NCBI GenBank assembly: GCA_002269645.1
Contig: NIVC01003085.1
Location: 56,492 to 120,491, forward strand
Direction: 5' to 3'
Origin: Macrostomum lignano
Lineage: Eukaryota
Length of the DNA: 64,000 nucleotides
Under the pieces are notes generated by a model. It saw only the letters and a list, made by a program, of their open reading frames with translations. It ran no database searches and was not told the DNA's origin. Both the position numbers and the translations under genes were made by a program. Each line of letters opens with the position of its first letter. The first letter of the stretch is position 1. Shown here in pieces: positions 24,576-37,600 of this stretch.

Positions 24576-27500
24576 CCCAGTAAAAAAGGGTAGTCGGAAT
24601 TCGATTGGAATCTGGACGGAATTTAATCGGTAGTCGGAATTTGCCGGAAAAGGTTTAAACCACTATATTTTGTTTTATATAATACGTTACTATGATAAAA
24701 AGTATCAAGTAATTCAAGAAAATCTTTTTCGAGGTATATTTGCGCAATCGGAAATTAGTCGGAAACCGTCTCTTCTTCTTCCAATCGGAATTTGTACTCA
24801 TTTTTCTTCCTAGTTTCCGATACAGCCATATTCATAACGCATGTGCTGTACTAAACGTGTTTTCTTGCTTTTATGTATTGCCAGTATGTGCAGAATATAC
24901 TTTTATGATACAAAAAATTACTACAATAATTCGGTTTTTGTTTTGATGCTACAATAAAATGCTGGCCATCCAATTTATATCGAAAGTATTTAAAAAGCGA
25001 TTTATTTTTTACCCTGATCCTCTCTATAACCTTTTTGTTGAAATATTGTAACATATATTTGCTTATAGTGTCTTTCCACTGGCACTAGCCTCTGCAAAAA
25101 GTTATTAAAAACCTGCTTAATGCCTAGCCACTATCTTATTAACTATTGCTAATTGCAATACTCCTAGGCTTACTCCTATTGCAATTCTTACTTTACTAGG
25201 CCTAGCCTATTCTGCTACACATTTTTCTCAAGATTGTTTTTAAAGCAGTTGGCTTTGCTTTTTCATTTAAGTTTTAACTACAACTACAACTTATATCTTG
25301 TTTTTCATATATATGAAATTAATACTACCTAGTTTTAGGCTTTTGGCCATTGAAACTAAAAATATAGGGCCTTGGCCAGGCCAGGCCCTAGTTAAACTTA
25401 CTTTAGACATTTAGTGTGTCTTATTAGGTTTAGGGCCTACTCAATATTCTAATAATATATACCTAATAATCAATAGACATTTGTTTGGGCTAAGGCATTT
25501 AAGCAAAGTAATAGAATAACGTCTATAGTTTACAATTGTATATTATAATTTGCTTTTAGATGAGACATTTTTAGTAATAGGCCTATAATAAAGAATTATT
25601 AACTTATGATTTATAGACTAATAAGTAAATAATATAGGCCACATGTCAATAGGCCTAGCTATTTACACTTGCTTATAAAACATTTCTATGTCTAGAACTC
25701 TAAGACTCCTGACTCTGACCTATGCTACATGTTACATATATGCCAGAAAATTTGGGTATGCAAATCACTCGTTTTAAAGTTTGCATATAAATTTTGGTAT
25801 ACAAACTTATATATTTTTTGGCAGTTGGCCTACAAATTTCAGTGAATAAACTCTTGTTGAGCATGAAAAGTTCAATGTAAATTTATGTTTTTATATAGGC
25901 CTTAAATAAAGGAAAATTTGTATACTCAAGAAAGTCAGTAATAGTGTTTTGCTTCGTTAAAATTAAAAATGAATTAATTTAGTAAAATTATTATTAAAAA
26001 TTAATAATTAAGTATAATTAAGTTTGTTTAAAATGAAAATATTTATAATATTTTAAAGAAAACTTTTCTTAGGAAACTCAACCTGTAAAAACCAAATGAC
26101 CTTTTTAAGTGACTTTTTAGTATACTTTTTTAAGGAATTTTTTGTTTTTGGCATACACTGGCCTACATTTAGCTAAGATAAGATTCTTGTTCTGGCATAC
26201 ACTATTATACAATCTGGACCCTGGCTAAGACTTAAAATAATTTGGTCTTTTAATTTTGCCTTTAGAAATATAAAGAGTTTGTATATTTAGATAAATAAAG
26301 TACTATATATCTCAATATCAAATGAAAGTTCTAGTAGAGAATAGGTTAATGAGATAATTTGATAAAAAATACTCAGGACATTATGTCCTTAGAATATATT
26401 ATTTATAATAGTAAATATGATTCTACATTTAGATTATGCTAGTATTAATTTTTTGTTATTTATATTATTTATATTAGTTTTCATAGGGCACTGTTAAACT
26501 AAGACTAGGCCCCTAGTTCTAGCTTTACTAAGCATTCTATATTATTATCTTATCAATGGCTTCTGCTTCTATTTCAGATACTGCTGGTCTAGATGTGGTG
26601 CATTAGTGCAAAGGTGCCACAGTCTGTTTGCTACATAATGGATGGGATCTCTAGGTTCAGTTCAAAACTAGGGAAAAGGATCCTGGAAGAGCTGACTAGG
26701 CCTAGCTAACAAGGATCAAAGGTCAAATTGTCTTTGAATATGTACAAGCATACTTTGGCGAGATCTTCAAGGGTATGTGTTCTTTGTGTTTTTATTCTTA
26801 TAGTATATTCCAATTGCTTTCATACCAGTTTTAAAGAAGATCGCAAATGTTAAGTTTTTTCTTGCCTTGCCTGAAGACAACTATTCTCCTTATTTTTTAT
26901 TTCCAAATCTTTCTAATGACAGTGAAGGTGCCCAACTGGTCTGCTGATCATGCCATTAACTCTCTAAATTACTCAATGCAGGACCATATCCTCCGAGTTC
27001 TCTGGATTGCATCAAAGGCCATTTAGAGCTTCTGCGATGGCGTCTGAAAGTGCAAGAGCTCCAGACCAACAATCGTGGAGTGTCAGTGGGGAAGCAATCG
27101 CGACAATGAAGAGCTGAAATTGCGCCTCTGCCGCCACCGCCACCTGTGATGACAAAGCATGTGCTGACTCTGGTTGTAAGTTTGCTGACTGATAATGCAG
27201 CCGTTTGGTTCACAACATTTATCTAGCTAGCTAGCTTTTTGCATTCAGGTGTTCTTCATCAATCATATCGTATTATTCTGCATTTGTTTTCTGTATCTTA
27301 TTATTTGTTTCGGTGCTCATTTTCTGCATGTTGCATTATTATGCTCTTTCTCTATGTTTCCTTGCATCTACATGTAATACAATTACTCTCTTGACGTGTT
27401 GTGCAGAAATTGCATACTGTAATCTTTATAATTGCATAATATACAATGCATTGAGTAAATTAAATAGCCAATCATTATTGTGCTTCACTCTTCAGGCAGA

Positions 27501-27738
27501 AAAATATTTTAAATATTGTAATATTTTGCTAAGTTACTTTGAAAACCGATTTGTTTATTTTTATGCAAGCTAGCCGACGCAAAGCAAAAATACAACCTAA
27601 TCGTAATTTAGTCGGATATTAGCGTCACATTCCGATCGGAAAACTCCGACTAGAAAACGACCGGATTGCACGAGCCACTTTGCTGACAAATTCCGACCGG
27701 ACATTCCGATCGGATTCCGACAACCCTTTTTTACTGGG
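24576..27738. mobile_element. 3163-bp non-autonomous TIR DNA transposon (CCCAG...CTGGG, 2-bp TSD TC; EnSpm/CACTA-like)
   Basis: Left end CCCAGTAAAAAAGGGTAGTCGGAATTCGATTGGAAT; right end reverse complement CCCAGTAAAAAAGGGTTGTCGGAATCCGATCGGAAT. TC flanks both sides, and removing the element restores the LINE frame. The interior is AT-rich with no intact ORF. Confidence 0.85.
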
Positions 27739-27960
27739 TCAGCAGTGAGACACTAAAAATGCTCTACAGAGCATATGTTGAGAGCGCCATGACCTACGGT
27801 GCACCAATTCTCCAAGTACTCAGAAATGACAGCATTACGAAACGATCCAACAGACCCAAAATCGTACAAAAGCTCAATGCGCTACCTACGGGCCACCCTC
27901 TAGGCCACAGAATATTCTGTGCTCTAGGCTAAACTCTACTTTCCAGAGCGCAACACAGCT
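27739..27960 (+). mobile_element. LINE RT fragment, 3' continuation
   Basis: Rejoined reading is KLTKLSSETLKMLYRAYVESAMTYGAPIL, a typical LINE post-RT segment. Confidence 0.8.
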
Positions 27961-28199
27961 GCACAACTGGGGGGCCTCCCTGGGCGTCGTCTGTGCCTTC
28001 CCACCGTGTCCCCTCCGGGACAGCCCTGCAGCTAAGTCAAGTTAAGTCAAAGGGTCCCCACAAAGGGTTCGCCACAAAAGGGTCACGCTGACGGAGTCGC
28101 CAGCCTACCTGACGATCTGGACGGTCTTTGCACAAGCAAATTGGCATGTACGAGTATAGAAATTTTTGTACATGCATGGGCCGATGCTGTATCATTAGT

Positions 28200-28712
28200 G
28201 CATTTTTCAACACAAAAATTTTTATTGCTTTCGATAGGACACGCAGACCCAATGTTTGTCTTTTGGTATGTCTGGCCTTTCTTGTAATTCTATTGACATT
28301 CATAAAGCTTTTCGTTCAGAAAATTGGGATTCTACGGCACCGCGGATGTTATTTTTATTCTAAGTACATTTCCTATACCTAAAATCATAAAAGTGCATGG
28401 CACAGCCCGACTCATAGGTTTTATGCATCTATTTCATAATCTCTGTTACACATATTGTTACACAGTCAGCTAAGAATGAAAAAACAGATTCATAAAATCA
28501 ATGAGCCGAGCCAAACCATCTTAATGGGTTTTTAGGCATAGGGCACGTGCAATAGTGCGTAGAATCAAAAATTATCATAGAATCCTAATTTTCTGAACAA
28601 AAAGCTTTATGAAAATTGATAGAGCAATAAGAAAGGCACAACATATTAAAATATGAACACTGGGTCTGCTTCCTATCGAAGGCAATCACAATTTTAGTGC
28701 TGAAAAAATGAA
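28200..28712. mobile_element. Foldback/MITE-like element with ~140-bp imperfect inverted arms; related sequence at ~63860-64000
   Basis: 28200-28340 (ttcataaagcttttcgttcagaaaattgggattcta) is the inverted match of 28575-28712. The same arm recurs at the window end. Confidence 0.6.
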
Positions 28713-29186
28713 AACTTCCTGTATCCGTAGTGTATTTTTCGGCGAAAACTGGCCTTCAAAACTTTTTCCATGAAAAGTGAAAGTCGCGTCCTGTATATAC
28801 GTTGCTTTAGTTGTCCTTGGGTGCTACTCTGAGATACACGGTGATACTTGTGATACTCTACACGGTGAAAAATCGATATTTGGATTAGGTGTAATCTTAA
28901 CCCCTAATATTCGTTTTAATCCTAATCTTCTCTTAGAATATCCCATTGCACTCTCCTCATCAATCCCCGATCCAAAGTAACTGTATTTTTATGTCGATTA
29001 TGGACTTGGCATTGCTGAAACTCATAAATCATTTTGTATCAAAATCGGATGATTTATGACAGCACCTGTCATTTTTCAGTGCTCGCCGGACTTCATAAGT
29101 TTTTTTGGCTCTTCTAATTTCTCAAAAATGTTGCCGATCAGAATCTACTACGTGTGCCGGATTGTGACATGCCAACGTCTTCGCGG

Positions 29187-29753
29187 GATACACGGTGATG
29201 CACGGTGATGCACGGTGATGCACGGTGATGCACGGTGATGCACGGTGATGCACGGTGATGCACGGTGATGCACTGTGATGCACGGTGATGCACGGTGATG
29301 CACGGTGATGCACGGTGATGCACTGTGATGCACGGTGATGCACGGTGATGCACGGTGATGCACGGTGATGCACGGTGATGCACGGTGATGCACGGTGATG
29401 CACGGTGATGCACGGTGATGCACGGTGATGCACGGTGATGCACGGTGATGCACGGTGATGCACGGTGATGCACGGTGATGCACGGTGATGCACTGTGATG
29501 CACGGTGATGCACGGTGATGCACGGTGATGCACGGTGATGCACGGTGACGCACGGTGATGCACTGTGATGCACGGTGATGCACGGTGATGCACGGTGATG
29601 CACGGTGATGCACGGTGATGCACGGTGATGCACGGTGATGCACGGTGATGCACTGTGATGCACGGTGATGCACGGTGATGCACGGTGATGCACGGTGATG
29701 CACGGTGATGCACGGTGATGCACGGTGATGCACGGTGATGCACGGTGATGCAC
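29187..29753. repeat. 10-bp tandem repeat (CACGGTGATG), ~57 copies
   Basis: Seen directly; source of the HHRASPCITV ORFs. Confidence 0.97.
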
Positions 29754-30434
29754 AACATATCAAAACCAAATGCTGGATCGGCATCAAGATTTCAGCGCCC
29801 TTTACTCTACCAAAAATGTCCTGCGTCTGGCGGTCTCAGGATTCCTTGGCCATCGGCAGTCTGAGTATATCTGATTAGTTGGGTACGTGAGAGGCTACTT
29901 GGAACTTGCTTAGCTGGGCAGTTGTGCTCTTTATCTGACCCCGTTCTCAGTAGCTCGATTGAGCATTGCACTTTGCTTGCTTGCTTTTCATTTGCGGAAC
30001 TTTTTGAGGCAAAAAAAATTGCGTGTTTATAATAATGAGAACTTCGCTTATTAGCTCTGAATCATCTTGAGTATATTTGCACCAGCTTAGTGCATGAGAG
30101 GGCAGATTTGATCACAAAACAATTTTTTCCCTGGATCAGCGCTGCCGGAGAGTTTCAGTCACATTTATAATGGGGAGAAGCTTGCATATGGGATTTAGAT
30201 AAAGTAATAGTACATCCCCGACCCTGTACACTGCAGCTGTACACTCGCCTCGCAAGAACTCCGCTGCAAAAATTCTTCTCTGTCGTTGCAAATGCGATCC
30301 AGCCCCAGCAGCGTCCCTTTTATCGGCTTATGACCATTGACATACTACATGTAGTTGACAGGTTAGTTAATAGTGTTCTAGGTAGTTCGCTCGGTAGGTG
30401 ACCGTGGTTTGGCCTAGCTTAGGATTAAAGGTAT

Positions 30435-31320
30435 AGCCAATTTCTAACTTTTCAATTTCTCTGCTCGTCTATCGCTGCCTTCTTTTACCTCTAGAGCGTA
30501 GCTGCATGGTCGCCACATCTTGGGGCAACCAGCTTGCTACCTTGGGGCTTGACCACCTGACAGAAGTGGCCGGGCGGCGACCGGGAGTGATTAAATTTCT
30601 GCACTCTGAGGCCTGGCCTGGGGGTCGTTTTGCAAATAATAAATTTCATAAAGACGAAAAAAAACTTTCTTTTATGAACCATAATTTTTTCTAGTAACAA
30701 GAAACGATTTAGGAGTTGATAGATCTCGCCTCTGTGATTCCACCTGCTCCCTTGGTCCATCTGCTGGCTCCTCTGGAAGTCTCCCTGCTTTTGTGTCTCT
30801 GGCTCTCATCTCTCACAGTGGATTGGTGTCCTGGGGAAGAGTTCGTCCCGAATCGGGGAAAACCGGCTGAGTCCGGTGTCCCTTTGCTCCATGGTGCCCC
30901 TTCTCCGACCCCTTGGCTTGGGCTAATTAGAGCTGGGTAGTAAAAAAGCCTTGAGGCTCGCAACCCTATGGGAGGATTTATGCGGTTGCCTACCTGATAC
31001 GAAACTCGCGCCCTTCGTAAATAAGCTGCCCAGACTCTCGCTTCCAATATTAAGCCATTTCCGTAGAGTCGATCGGGTCTTTCCGCTGTCGGATTGCTTA
31101 CCAATAAATTTTCCAAAAATTTTGATGGGTTTCGACCTTTCGGCCCCCTTGTGGGGAAGCCCTCGGGTCTCAGAAATAAACCAATTAGAGTCCTGGCCCC
31201 CCACTCCTGTCAGATGGTCAGCCCCATGGTAGCTTGATCGTGTGGCGAGCAGTCTAGGTCCTATAGCTAAGAGAGGGACAGCGAGAGACGAGCAGGGAGA
31301 ATTTTGAAAGTAGAAATTAG
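30435..31320. mobile_element. ~890-bp element bounded by ~140-bp imperfect inverted repeats
   Basis: The left arm (tctgctcgtctatcgctg ... gctaccttggggcttgaccacctgacagaagtgg) matches the reverse complement of 31190-31320. Confidence 0.55.
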
Positions 31321-31379
31321 TTAATCCGCAGATTAACTAATCCGCTGCCACCAGCCCGTACGCCCTGGCTCACCACAAC

Positions 31380-31672
31380 GGTGTTAGGCTTTCTGTTCAC
31401 CGGGGTCTTAATTTGTCCGGGGGACATCGCAAAGCAAAATTATTGTCGCTTTGCGATAACCTACCCTGGATAATCCGGATAGCAGAGTCAGTACCGTAGG
31501 ATGTCCGGGAGAGACATCTCAAAGTGCCCGGACAATGCAAAGCAGCTCAAGATATCCGGGAAGGAGAAAACATAGCAGGTTTTTTGCTTGGCAGTATCCG
31601 GGCGGATATCGTAAGTGCGTTCGGATATCCGGGCCAGACAAAAAAACCCCGGATAGTCTAAAGTGTAACACC
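31380..31672. mobile_element. Small MITE-like element (GGTGTTA...TAACACC ends, internal ATCCGG motifs)
   Basis: Imperfect ~26-bp terminal inversions; no TSD seen. Confidence 0.4.
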
Positions 31673-34600
31673 GGGACTCTCGAAATCGGGCTTCCGACTA
31701 GAAGGGGCTTTGCACTTACCTGCCAACTAGTGTCTTTTTGCTGTCAATCTCGAAGTCATAGCCGATGATAAGGGACACTGCTGGGACTAGATCGCATTGG
31801 CCATGCAGGTACAAAGGGGACTTGTGCAGGGGATTCTTGCAGTGGCGAGACTATGGGGTAGCTACATATGTACTATTACATTGCTAAATACGAAGAATTG
31901 TACTTTTGGCCATCAACGCGCCAACTAGCCTCTCCTAGCGCTGATGATAGGCTAACTCGAACCTCAGAGACCGCATGATTGATTACCCGAGCCGCTTGGC
32001 TAACCTAGAGTGCACAAAGTACATCTCTGGCGCCGATTCTGCACTACTGGCAGTTTCGCTAACTGATTCGATAGATTGGTCGACTGAGAACTGCCTTGCC
32101 ATTGGTCCACTGTGACCGGCGCCTACTAGCTTAGCCACTCATCTGAGCCATCGGCGAACAAAGAAATGAAACCGATAAAAATAACTGTCAGATTTAACCT
32201 TCTCCTTAGATCACTTCACACCTCAGATTAAATTGGAGCTTCAGACTACTAGCAGTATTATTGAATGGTTTCTGCCTCAGTAACAGCACTACTGAACAAA
32301 ATGAGCAAAAGTGTGCGCCTAATCCAGCTACTGAAACGGGGGACAGATAAGGAATCACCCAATCAAGCAAGTCTAGGTAGCCTCTCACCCAACCAATCAG
32401 AAACTCAACAGCCGGAGACCAGGTTATCCACAGTGACCGAATCGGCTTAGTGCTTCGCAGCTGTAGACCCGGGATGATGCTGATGTCACAACCTTCGCAG
32501 ATAGCTAGCAGGTGACGCTCTTAACTTTGATGTTCACTGCTGATGACCGGGGGAATTCGTCCTTGATGATGATGGGGGGAGTCGCAATCCGGGGATCAAG
32601 AAATGACGGTCGGGCCAGGGAGAGAACAAGTTCCTAAAGTCAAGTCTCCAAAAAGGGTTGAAAAGTTAGTCCGAGCGGGCCAAAAACACCGGTTTAAATA
32701 GCCGCCAACTGGACCGCAGTTTGTTATAATGGAACACGTCGATTCTGATTGGCTAAGTCGATTTTTTAAATTTTCTTTTAAATTTTCTTCTTTGAGAGCG
32801 TCAAATTTTCTGATTGGCTGAGCTTGTTGCCACCCAAAGTCACGTGACCGGGAGATCCTATCAGTTCCCTCGGGGTCGTAAAAATATGACAGGTGCGGCC
32901 ATAAATCAATCAAAATCGCAACAAAATGATTTATGAATTTTCGCGTAGAATTGACAAAAATTAATGAAAAAATATACATTAGAAAGCTCTTATTAAGTAG
33001 AAAGTGAAGGTATTAAAGAGAAATCGCTAGTCGCTAATCCCAACGTACTTTTACGCATAGGGGTAAAACGCATAGCTGTCAAAGCTGTGTCACACGCTTG
33101 AGTGAACACGAACAATAGGCCCTGACCTCATAAATCTTGATGGCCTGTCAAAATGATGAGAAAAAAGCTACCGCCCGCATCCTCTCAGACCATCTGGCGC
33201 CAGCCCCAGCACTGAGTGAGGCGCAGGTGGCTGTCAAACTAGCTCAGACGCAATTATTTATGACCCAAAAGCAGCAAAAAACCGCGCCTATGTTTATTAT
33301 TACTACAAGTATGGCAGATTAATATAGCTACAAAAGTCCTACTAGTATGAATTCTAGAAAAATTACAAGAGGAAGAAAAACGCCCATAGCCTGCTGTTAG
33401 TAGGCTAGCAAGTTTGCATGGAACCCATGTGCGAGCGTGAAATTTGGAAAAAAGTGCGTCCTCATCAATTTTCAATTCCAATCTTTTTCGCGCACACTCA
33501 GGTTTTGTCGCTGGGAGTGGCTTGGGTGGATCGGTTTTGCACCGTCCCTGATTCCACTATTGGGTTGGCGGTGTCTTAGTCCATGCTTGGGTTAGTAGCA
33601 TCCAATAAGGCTTCACCACGCCTTGAGTCCTGGTCCCAATCTGGGCCTCTCGGGCTTCGGCCCCTGGCAGTATGACCCCTACTATACTATAGCGGCCCTT
33701 CTTTGGGCTGATCCGCGGGTTGCCCCAGCTTGCCTCCTCGTTTAACAACAGCAAGAAACGATCAAAAAGAAAGGAAAGGGCACTGCACCCGTGTCTCGTC
33801 ATTCTATGTCTTAAATTTACTTTTATTGCTATGATAAAAAATTAATTTTTATCAAGCCGCTTAAGAAGTCTGTTGAGTTGCTAAAATATGTTTTACTGAC
33901 CTAATTGCTTATTTATTATACAGCGATAACCTGAGGAACATTTCAATTTCAAGTATATAATTTTCTCAAGAAACAAAGAAAATGTTAAAATTGATATTTT
34001 CGCTTAGACTGAATTAGCATTTTCATTATATAGTATTATACTCCTATGTAATTAGCAAAGTGCATAAAATGTGGAAAGTATGCGCAATTAGATTCTCATA
34101 TTAGTATTCTTAAATGTTTTTCGAGAATATGATTGAGACATGTTTGAACAAGTAATGATTTTTTAAAAATCTTTTTTTGTTGGGTCATATCAAGGAAAAG
34201 ATAGGAATTCCATGGATATAGTTTAATCTTACTTCTACTAATATTTTTTTCAATTCATCAATATCAGATTTTCATATATATTTTCAGATTTTTGCTTTCT
34301 GCAGTAATCTGGTATATTAGAAAGTTATTTGTTTACATTAGGCTTTTATATAATTAATGTAGGTTTTGATTAATAGATGAATTAGGCAAATTATATAAAT
34401 ATTTTTGTAAGAATATACATTAATAAATTGATAAGTTATTTTATTTTATAACCAGTTGAGGTTTAATAAATTAGGTATGAGTATGAATTAACAATTTATT
34501 AAAGAATTATAAGATATGACTCATCCCTCTCTTCAGTCAACAACACTAATGCATTTAAAATCTTTATTAATCATAATTTTTGATACCCTACTACTAGTAG

Positions 34601-34696
34601 AAGTACATAAAAAGGCAATTTCAATAATAAAAATAATGTCTATGTAAAATGTTAATTTTATGAATTAGTTCTGCAACAACAGCATCATGTCTTCAG

Positions 34697-37600
34697 GCTT
34701 CCAACCAGCCATTTGATGCCCTGATAATTGGCGCTGGAATTTCCGGCCTGGTGGCAGCTGTCCGCCTGCTGGAGTCGCGGCCAGCGGCCCGCCTGTTAGT
34801 GCTGGAGGCCAAGGACCGGGTGGGCGGCCGGACCCTGAGCACCGCCTTGCCTAGCAGTGGCAGCGGCGGCACAGACTGGTGGGACCTGGGCGGGCAGTGG
34901 GTCGGCGACTGCCAGCCTCGGGTGTGCCAGCTGGCCGAGGAACTGGGCATCGGCCGCTACCAGCAGTTCAATGAGGTGCTACTTGGCTGTTCGCATTTGA
35001 GAATTCTTCTAATCTTTGTCTTTGATAATCTAGGATGATGAGATCTCAGATGTGTCAAATTGGAGGAAATGGCGCTAATGAGATCTCAGATGTGTCAAAT
35101 TGGAGGAAATGGCGCTAATGAGATCTCAGATGTGTCAAATTGGAGGAAATGGCGCTAATGAGATCTCAGATGTGTCAAATTGGAGGAAATGGCGCTAATG
35201 AGATCTCAGATGTGTCAAATTGGAGGAAATGGCGCTAATGAGATCTCAGATGTGTCAAATTGGAGGAAATGGCGCTAATGAGATCTCAGATGTGTCAAAT
35301 TGGAGGAAATGGCGCTAATGAGATCTCAGATGTGTCAAATTGGAGGAAATGGCGCTAATGAGATCTCAGATGTGTCAAATTGGAGGAAATGGCGCTAATG
35401 AGATCTCAGATGTGTCAAATTGGAGGAAATGGCGCTAATGAGATCTCAGATGTGTCAAATTGGAGGAAATGGCGCTAATGAGATCTCAGATGTGTCAAAT
35501 TGGAGGAAATGGCGCTAATGAGATCTCAGATGTGTCAAATTGGAGGAAATGGCGCTAATGAGATCTCAAAGGTGTCAAATTGGAGTAAATAGCGCTAATG
35601 AGATCTCTGATGTTTCAAATTGGAGGAAATGGCGCTAATGAGATCTCAGAGGCCGCATTGAATCAACAAGCCAATCCCAACAACCAACCGCAGGGCCGCA
35701 AGCTGCTCCAGCTAGCGGACGGCAGGGTGACAAATTACTCGGGTGAGCTGCCCAGCATTGGCCTGCTGGGCAACCTGGACTTGGCGCAGGCAATCTACCG
35801 GTTCGAGTCCCGACTGTCGGTGTCAGGCAGGTCGTCGCTTGTGCCCGAAGCTGCTGGGAGCGAGCCGGCATCGTTGCCGGAGTTGCCGTCGGATCAGGCT
35901 AGTGAAGAGTTCGCCTTGAGCACACTGAGAATGAGAGAGTTTACCTTATTTGGTGTTCAAAAGAAGTATTGGGTTCATGATTCATTGTTTACACTCTAAA
36001 TATATAGTAACATATCTGGTATTCATAGTTTTAAATTTACTGCGAGTAAAAAATTAAACTAAAAAATTAACTGCTCAAGTGTCTGTGACCAAGTGTCTGT
36101 GACCAAGTGTCTGTGACCAAGTGTCTGTGACCAAGTGTATGTGACAAGTGTCTGTGACAAAGTGTCTGTGACCAAGTGTCTGTGACCAAGTGTCTGTGAC
36201 CAAGTGTCTGTGACCAAGTGTCTGTGACCAAGTGTCTGTGACCAAGTGTCTGTGACCAAGTGTCTGTGACCAAGTGTCTGTGACCAAGTGTCTGTGACCA
36301 AGTGTCTGTGACCAAGTGTCTGTGACCAAGTGTCTGTGACCAAGTGTCTGTGACCAAGTGTCTGTTGCTAAAAATTGACAAATTTGACTTTTCTTTGCAA
36401 AATCCTGTTGTAATTTGCATTCAATATGCTCATAGGTAAGTAGTCTAAGCACAATGTATGCTTTAAAATTAGATGTTTACACGAAATCTATCCATTAGAT
36501 AACAATTCTATTTAAAAAATGCAACGCCAAATGCCAGGCCATACTGGACGGCCGCACAATGAGCACGGAGGCCGCCGGCCTGTGCTGGACGCGCAACGTC
36601 CGCTCGCTGCTGGATTCGACGATTCGGATCCTGTTCGGCCAGGAGCCTGCGGCTGTTTCGGCGCTTTACGCGGCCAGAATGTTCCACTCGGTTGGCGACT
36701 TCGAGCGACTGATCAGCGACATGCCTGACGGTGCTCAGGTGCGCTTGTGCGGCTGAAGGAGCTGGTGTCTGAGCTGAGATCTCCTACTGAGAGAGCTGGT
36801 GTCTGAGCTGAGATCTCCTACTGAGAGAGCTGGTGTCTGAGCTGAGATCTCCTACTGAGAGAGCTGGTGTCTGAGCTGAGATTTCCTACTGAGAGAGCTG
36901 GTGTCTGAGCTGAGATCTCCTACTGAGAGAGCTGGTGTCTGAGCTGAGATCTCCTACTGAGAGAGCTGGTGTCTGAGCTGAGATCTCCTACTGAGAGAGC
37001 TGGTGTCTGAGCTGAGATCTCCTACTGAGAGAGCTGGTGTCTGAGCTGAGATCTCCTACTGAGAGAGCTGGTGTCTGAGCTGAGATCTCCTACTGAGAGA
37101 GCTGGTGTCTGAGCTGAGATCTCCTACTGAGAGAGCTGGTGTCTGAGCTGAGATCTCCTACTGAGAGAGCTGGTGTCTGAGCTGAGATCTCCTACTGAGA
37201 GAGCTGGTGTCTGAGCTGAGATCTCCTACTGAGAGAGCTGGTGTCTGAGCTGAGATCTCCTACTGAGAGAGCTGGTGTCTGAGCTGAGATCTCCTACTGA
37301 GAGAGCTGGTGTCTGAGCTGAGATCTCCTACTGAGAGAGCTGGTGTCTGAGCTGAGATCTCCTACTGAGAGAGCTGGTGTCTGAGCTGAGATCTCCTACT
37401 GAGAGAGCTGGTGTCTGAGCTGAGATCTCCTACTGAGAGAGCTGGTGTCTGAGCTGAGATCTCCTACTGAGAGAGCTGGTGTCTGAGCTGAGATCTCCTA
37501 CTGAGAGAGCTGGTGTCTGAGCTGAGATCTCCTACTGAGAGAGCTGGTGTCTGAGCTGAGATCTCCTACTGAGAGAGCTGGTGTCTGAGCTGAGATCTCC

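Noticed and set aside
29122-29787. HHRASPCITV-repeat ORFs resembling His/Cys metal-binding proteins
   Set aside because: Product of a pure 10-bp tandem repeat that is open in all three minus frames.
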